Positions 61,570-64,000 of a stretch of 64,000 nucleotides of DNA are shown here, piece by piece. Within the stretch, counting starts at the first letter, position 1. Every line of letters starts with the position of its first letter. The DNA comes from Alphaproteobacteria bacterium (GTDB lineage: Bacteria > Pseudomonadota > Alphaproteobacteria > UBA2966): contig OZ219858.1 of assembly GCA_964291395.2 (NCBI GenBank), positions 1,024,001-1,088,000 on the forward strand, written 5' to 3'. Under the pieces are notes generated by a model. That model was not told the DNA's origin, did no database searches, and saw only the letters and a list, made by a program, of their open reading frames with translations. A program made the position numbers and the translations under genes.

Positions 61570-63013
61570 AGAAATCCTGATCAACGTCAGTCCCATCCTG
61601 ACGCGGGTGGCTCGGGTATCGGATGGCGAGCTCATCGATCTCGCCATCGAGCCAACGGGCCGCTGCAGTTCGGTCGGAAACATATACCTGGGGCAGGTGC
61701 TTAGCGTCGTGCCCGCCCTGCGCGCGGCGTTCGTGGACGTGGGATTGAAGCGGGACGGGTTTCTGTCTGCCGATAGCGCCCGCGAACTGGCCGCAGATCA
61801 GCACGGAGACGGTCCGCCCCCGCCGATCAACAAGCTCGTTCGCGAAGGGGATGCCCTACTCGTTCAGGTCGCCCGCGACGCCTTTGGGGACAAAGGCGCC
61901 CGCTTGACGACATCGCTCTCGTTGCCGGGGCGGACACTGATCTATTCGCCCTATAGAACCGGTGTCGCGTTGTCGCGTCGCATCCTCGACGAGAAGGAGC
62001 GTGAGCGTCTTTCCGATGCCCTGGAGGAGCTGCTGGGTGACAACGAAGGTGTGATCGTCCGAACCAATGCGGAAGGAGCCGGTCCGGAAGAGTTTTCCCA
62101 GGAATTGGACGCGCTGCGTCAAGTCTGGCGAACGACTCTTCGGGATGCGGAAAAGGTCGACCCCCCAGCCGTCATCCACACCGATCTGGGTGTTGTAGCG
62201 CGCGCCGTTCGCGACTATGTGTCTTCGCCGGAGACGGTCGTGCTCGTCGACGATGCAGAGGCGCTGGCCGATGCGAAAGCGTATGCGGGCACGATCATGC
62301 CGGCGCTGGTCGACCGCATGTCGCTCTACACCGGGAGCGGCAGTCTCTTTGACCGGCACGAGCTTGAGGATCAAGTCGCGGAGGTCTTCGAGCCGAGCGT
62401 ACCCCTGCCGGGCGGCGGCCGGATCATCATCGAAACGACGGCGGCGCTGACGGCGATCGATGTCGATTCCAAAGGGCGCAACCGGGGAAATCCCGAGGAA
62501 GCCGCGTTGCAGACGAATTTGGAAGCGGCCGAGGAGGTCGGGCGCCAGCTTCGGCTGCGGGGGATCGGGGGCGCTGTCGTTGTCGATTTCATCCAGATGC
62601 GCCGGCGGGGAAACGCCGAGCGCGTGGTGGAAGCCCTGCAGGAAGTCCTCCATGAAGATCCCGCACCGACCGACGTGGGCACGTTGTCCCGGTTCGGCCT
62701 GCTGGAGATGACCCGGCGCCGGACCGGACCGGCGCTCTCGGAGATTGTCAGCCAGGCCTGTCCGGTCTGTGAAGGCCGGGGCCTGATCGATACGGCCGAG
62801 ACGGCGGCCGATCATGCCTTGGCGACCGCGGAGCGCGAAGCCGAAGAGGACCCGGGCGGTTCGTTGACCATCGTCGCGGTTCCGGATGTGATCTCGGCCA
62901 TCGAACGGACCGCCGACGCGGACGCTCTCGGCCGGCGTTTGGGGTGTAAAATAACGCTCCGCCGGGACGAGGCATTCGCGCCCGATCATTTCGATGTCGT
63001 GCGCGACAACTAG
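61562..63013 (+). CDS. rng: Ribonuclease E/G family (RNase G-like)
   Basis: GNIYLG, AAFVD, KGARLT, LTAIDVDS, QLRLR.IGG..VVDF, CPVC.G.G. Confidence 0.9.
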   Translation: MTEEILINVSPILTRVARVSDGELIDLAIEPTGRCSSVGNIYLGQVLSVVPALRAAFVDVGLKRDGFLSADSARELAADQHGDGPPPPINKLVREGDALLVQVARDAFGDKGARLTTSLSLPGRTLIYSPYRTGVALSRRILDEKERERLSDALEELLGDNEGVIVRTNAEGAGPEEFSQELDALRQVWRTTLRDAEKVDPPAVIHTDLGVVARAVRDYVSSPETVVLVDDAEALADAKAYAGTIMPALVDRMSLYTGSGSLFDRHELEDQVAEVFEPSVPLPGGGRIIIETTAALTAIDVDSKGRNRGNPEEAALQTNLEAAEEVGRQLRLRGIGGAVVVDFIQMRRRGNAERVVEALQEVLHEDPAPTDVGTLSRFGLLEMTRRRTGPALSEIVSQACPVCEGRGLIDTAETAADHALATAEREAEEDPGGSLTIVAVPDVISAIERTADADALGRRLGCKITLRRDEAFAPDHFDVVRDN

Positions 63014-63046
63014 TAAACCGCGCGTCAGGGCGCGTATGAGGCGGCG

Positions 63047-63289
63047 GTGACGGTCGAACGTCTCCCGATCAAGCCCAAGCGGACCAAGAAGGCGGCCTGT
63101 CCCATATGCGGGTCGCCCGCCGGTCAGGACCATGAACCGTTCTGCTCCAAGCGCTGCAAGGAGATCGATCTGGGGAGGTGGTTTTCCGGCTCCTATGCCA
63201 TTCCGGCGGTGGAGCCGCCCGACGGCGCAGAACTGGAAGAGCTGATCGAGGCGGCCGAAACGGCGGGGGACGTGGACGACCCCGACTGA
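63047..63289 (+). CDS. yacG: DNA gyrase inhibitor YacG
   Basis: [20 protein letters not shown]. Confidence 0.95.
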   Translation: MTVERLPIKPKRTKKAACPICGSPAGQDHEPFCSKRCKEIDLGRWFSGSYAIPAVEPPDGAELEELIEAAETAGDVDDPD

Positions 63290-63340
63290 TCGCGGGAACC
63301 TCGACGGGTTGGCTCAGGACAGAGGCCGTGGCGGTCGCCC

Positions 63341-63533
63341 ATCGTTCTGGAGGGCCGCGGCGGTACGGCGGCAGGTCATGAACTCGACACCTTCCTGAAG
63401 GACGCCGCGATTGAACCGACGCCGGTCACGGTGGAACATATGGAAGCGGCTCGGCGCGCTCGCCGACGTGACGGGCGAGCCGCTGCCGTTCAAGGGCGAA
63501 GACTTCGCCCATACCGACGTCGAGGTCGCGTGA
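63341..63533 (+). pseudogene. VapC PIN toxin remnant (5'-truncated, internally deleted)
   Basis: IVLEGRGG...ELDTFL...EAARRA joins, with a frame change, to LADVTGEPLPFKGEDFAHTD*; the LNFGDC segment is missing. Confidence 0.75.
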
Positions 63534-63821
63534 TCGAGCAAGAAAGTGTCGGGAAATAACTACGAATGAGTGCTTGCCGACCCGTCCTTTCTCACATAAT
63601 CGGCCGCTCAACCGACTGATGTCCCCTGACCTTCGCGACATGCTCCGTGGCCTTCGCACGGCGACCGAATTGGAATTCCAGGTTGGTGTGTCCCTTGTTG
63701 CCGGCTTACCCCTGGAAAATTCTTGGGAATTACGGCACGGAGGCCGTGGCTTGTGCTGTGGTGCCAATGCACTATGTTTGGGCGCCGAACGTGGCGTAGG
63801 GGAAACAGGAGAACCAGGGAG

Positions 63822-64000
63822 ATGGGAGTCACCGTACATCCGTTATCCGATGCGCTCGGCGCCGAGATCGGGGGCGTCGACCTCGGTGGGCCGCTGGACG
63901 ATGGGACCATCCAGGAGATCCACGATGCGTGGATGGAACATCTCGTCCTGCTGATTCGGGACCAGACGATCGATGATCCGCAACTCGTCGCATTCAGCGG
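63822..64000 (+). CDS. TauD/TfdA family dioxygenase, 5' part only
   Basis: MGVTVHPLSDALGAEIGGVDL...AWMEHLVLLIRDQ, similar to the N-terminus of 23446-24300. Confidence 0.85.
   Translation, partial: MGVTVHPLSDALGAEIGGVDLGGPLDDGTIQEIHDAWMEHLVLLIRDQTIDDPQLVAFS

Overview
High-GC alphaproteobacterial chromosome segment, Rhodospirillales-like judging by the conserved murA-DUF2948-hisG-hisD-UPF0262-LMW phosphatase-infA-maf-rng-yacG block at 55.8-63.3 kb. Most of the window is catabolic accessory genes with an organosulfur and methylated-amine theme: msmA-msmB-msmA-like Rieske genes, two TauE, two TauD, two sulfatases including betC, GcvT/DmgDH, Mo-hydroxylases and modABC. Several toxin-antitoxin and defence modules are present, most with the toxin inactivated. 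The best candidate for an undescribed system is a translationally coupled three-gene operon at 24416-28010. It encodes a 505-aa orphan, a 183-aa anti-sigma-like protein with an LAAAAA linker, and a membrane-anchored protein joining a Lon-type Ser/Lys protease domain to a non-catalytic FGE/C-type-lectin domain; a STAS/RsbW pair lies next to it. Other oddities are a split duplication of the tsaC 5' end that brackets two TA cassettes, a CCGAGACTAG tandem repeat found twice just after stop codons, and a scrambled modC. I saw no CRISPR array, reverse transcriptase or intact integrase. All calls come from motif recognition by eye; no searches were run.
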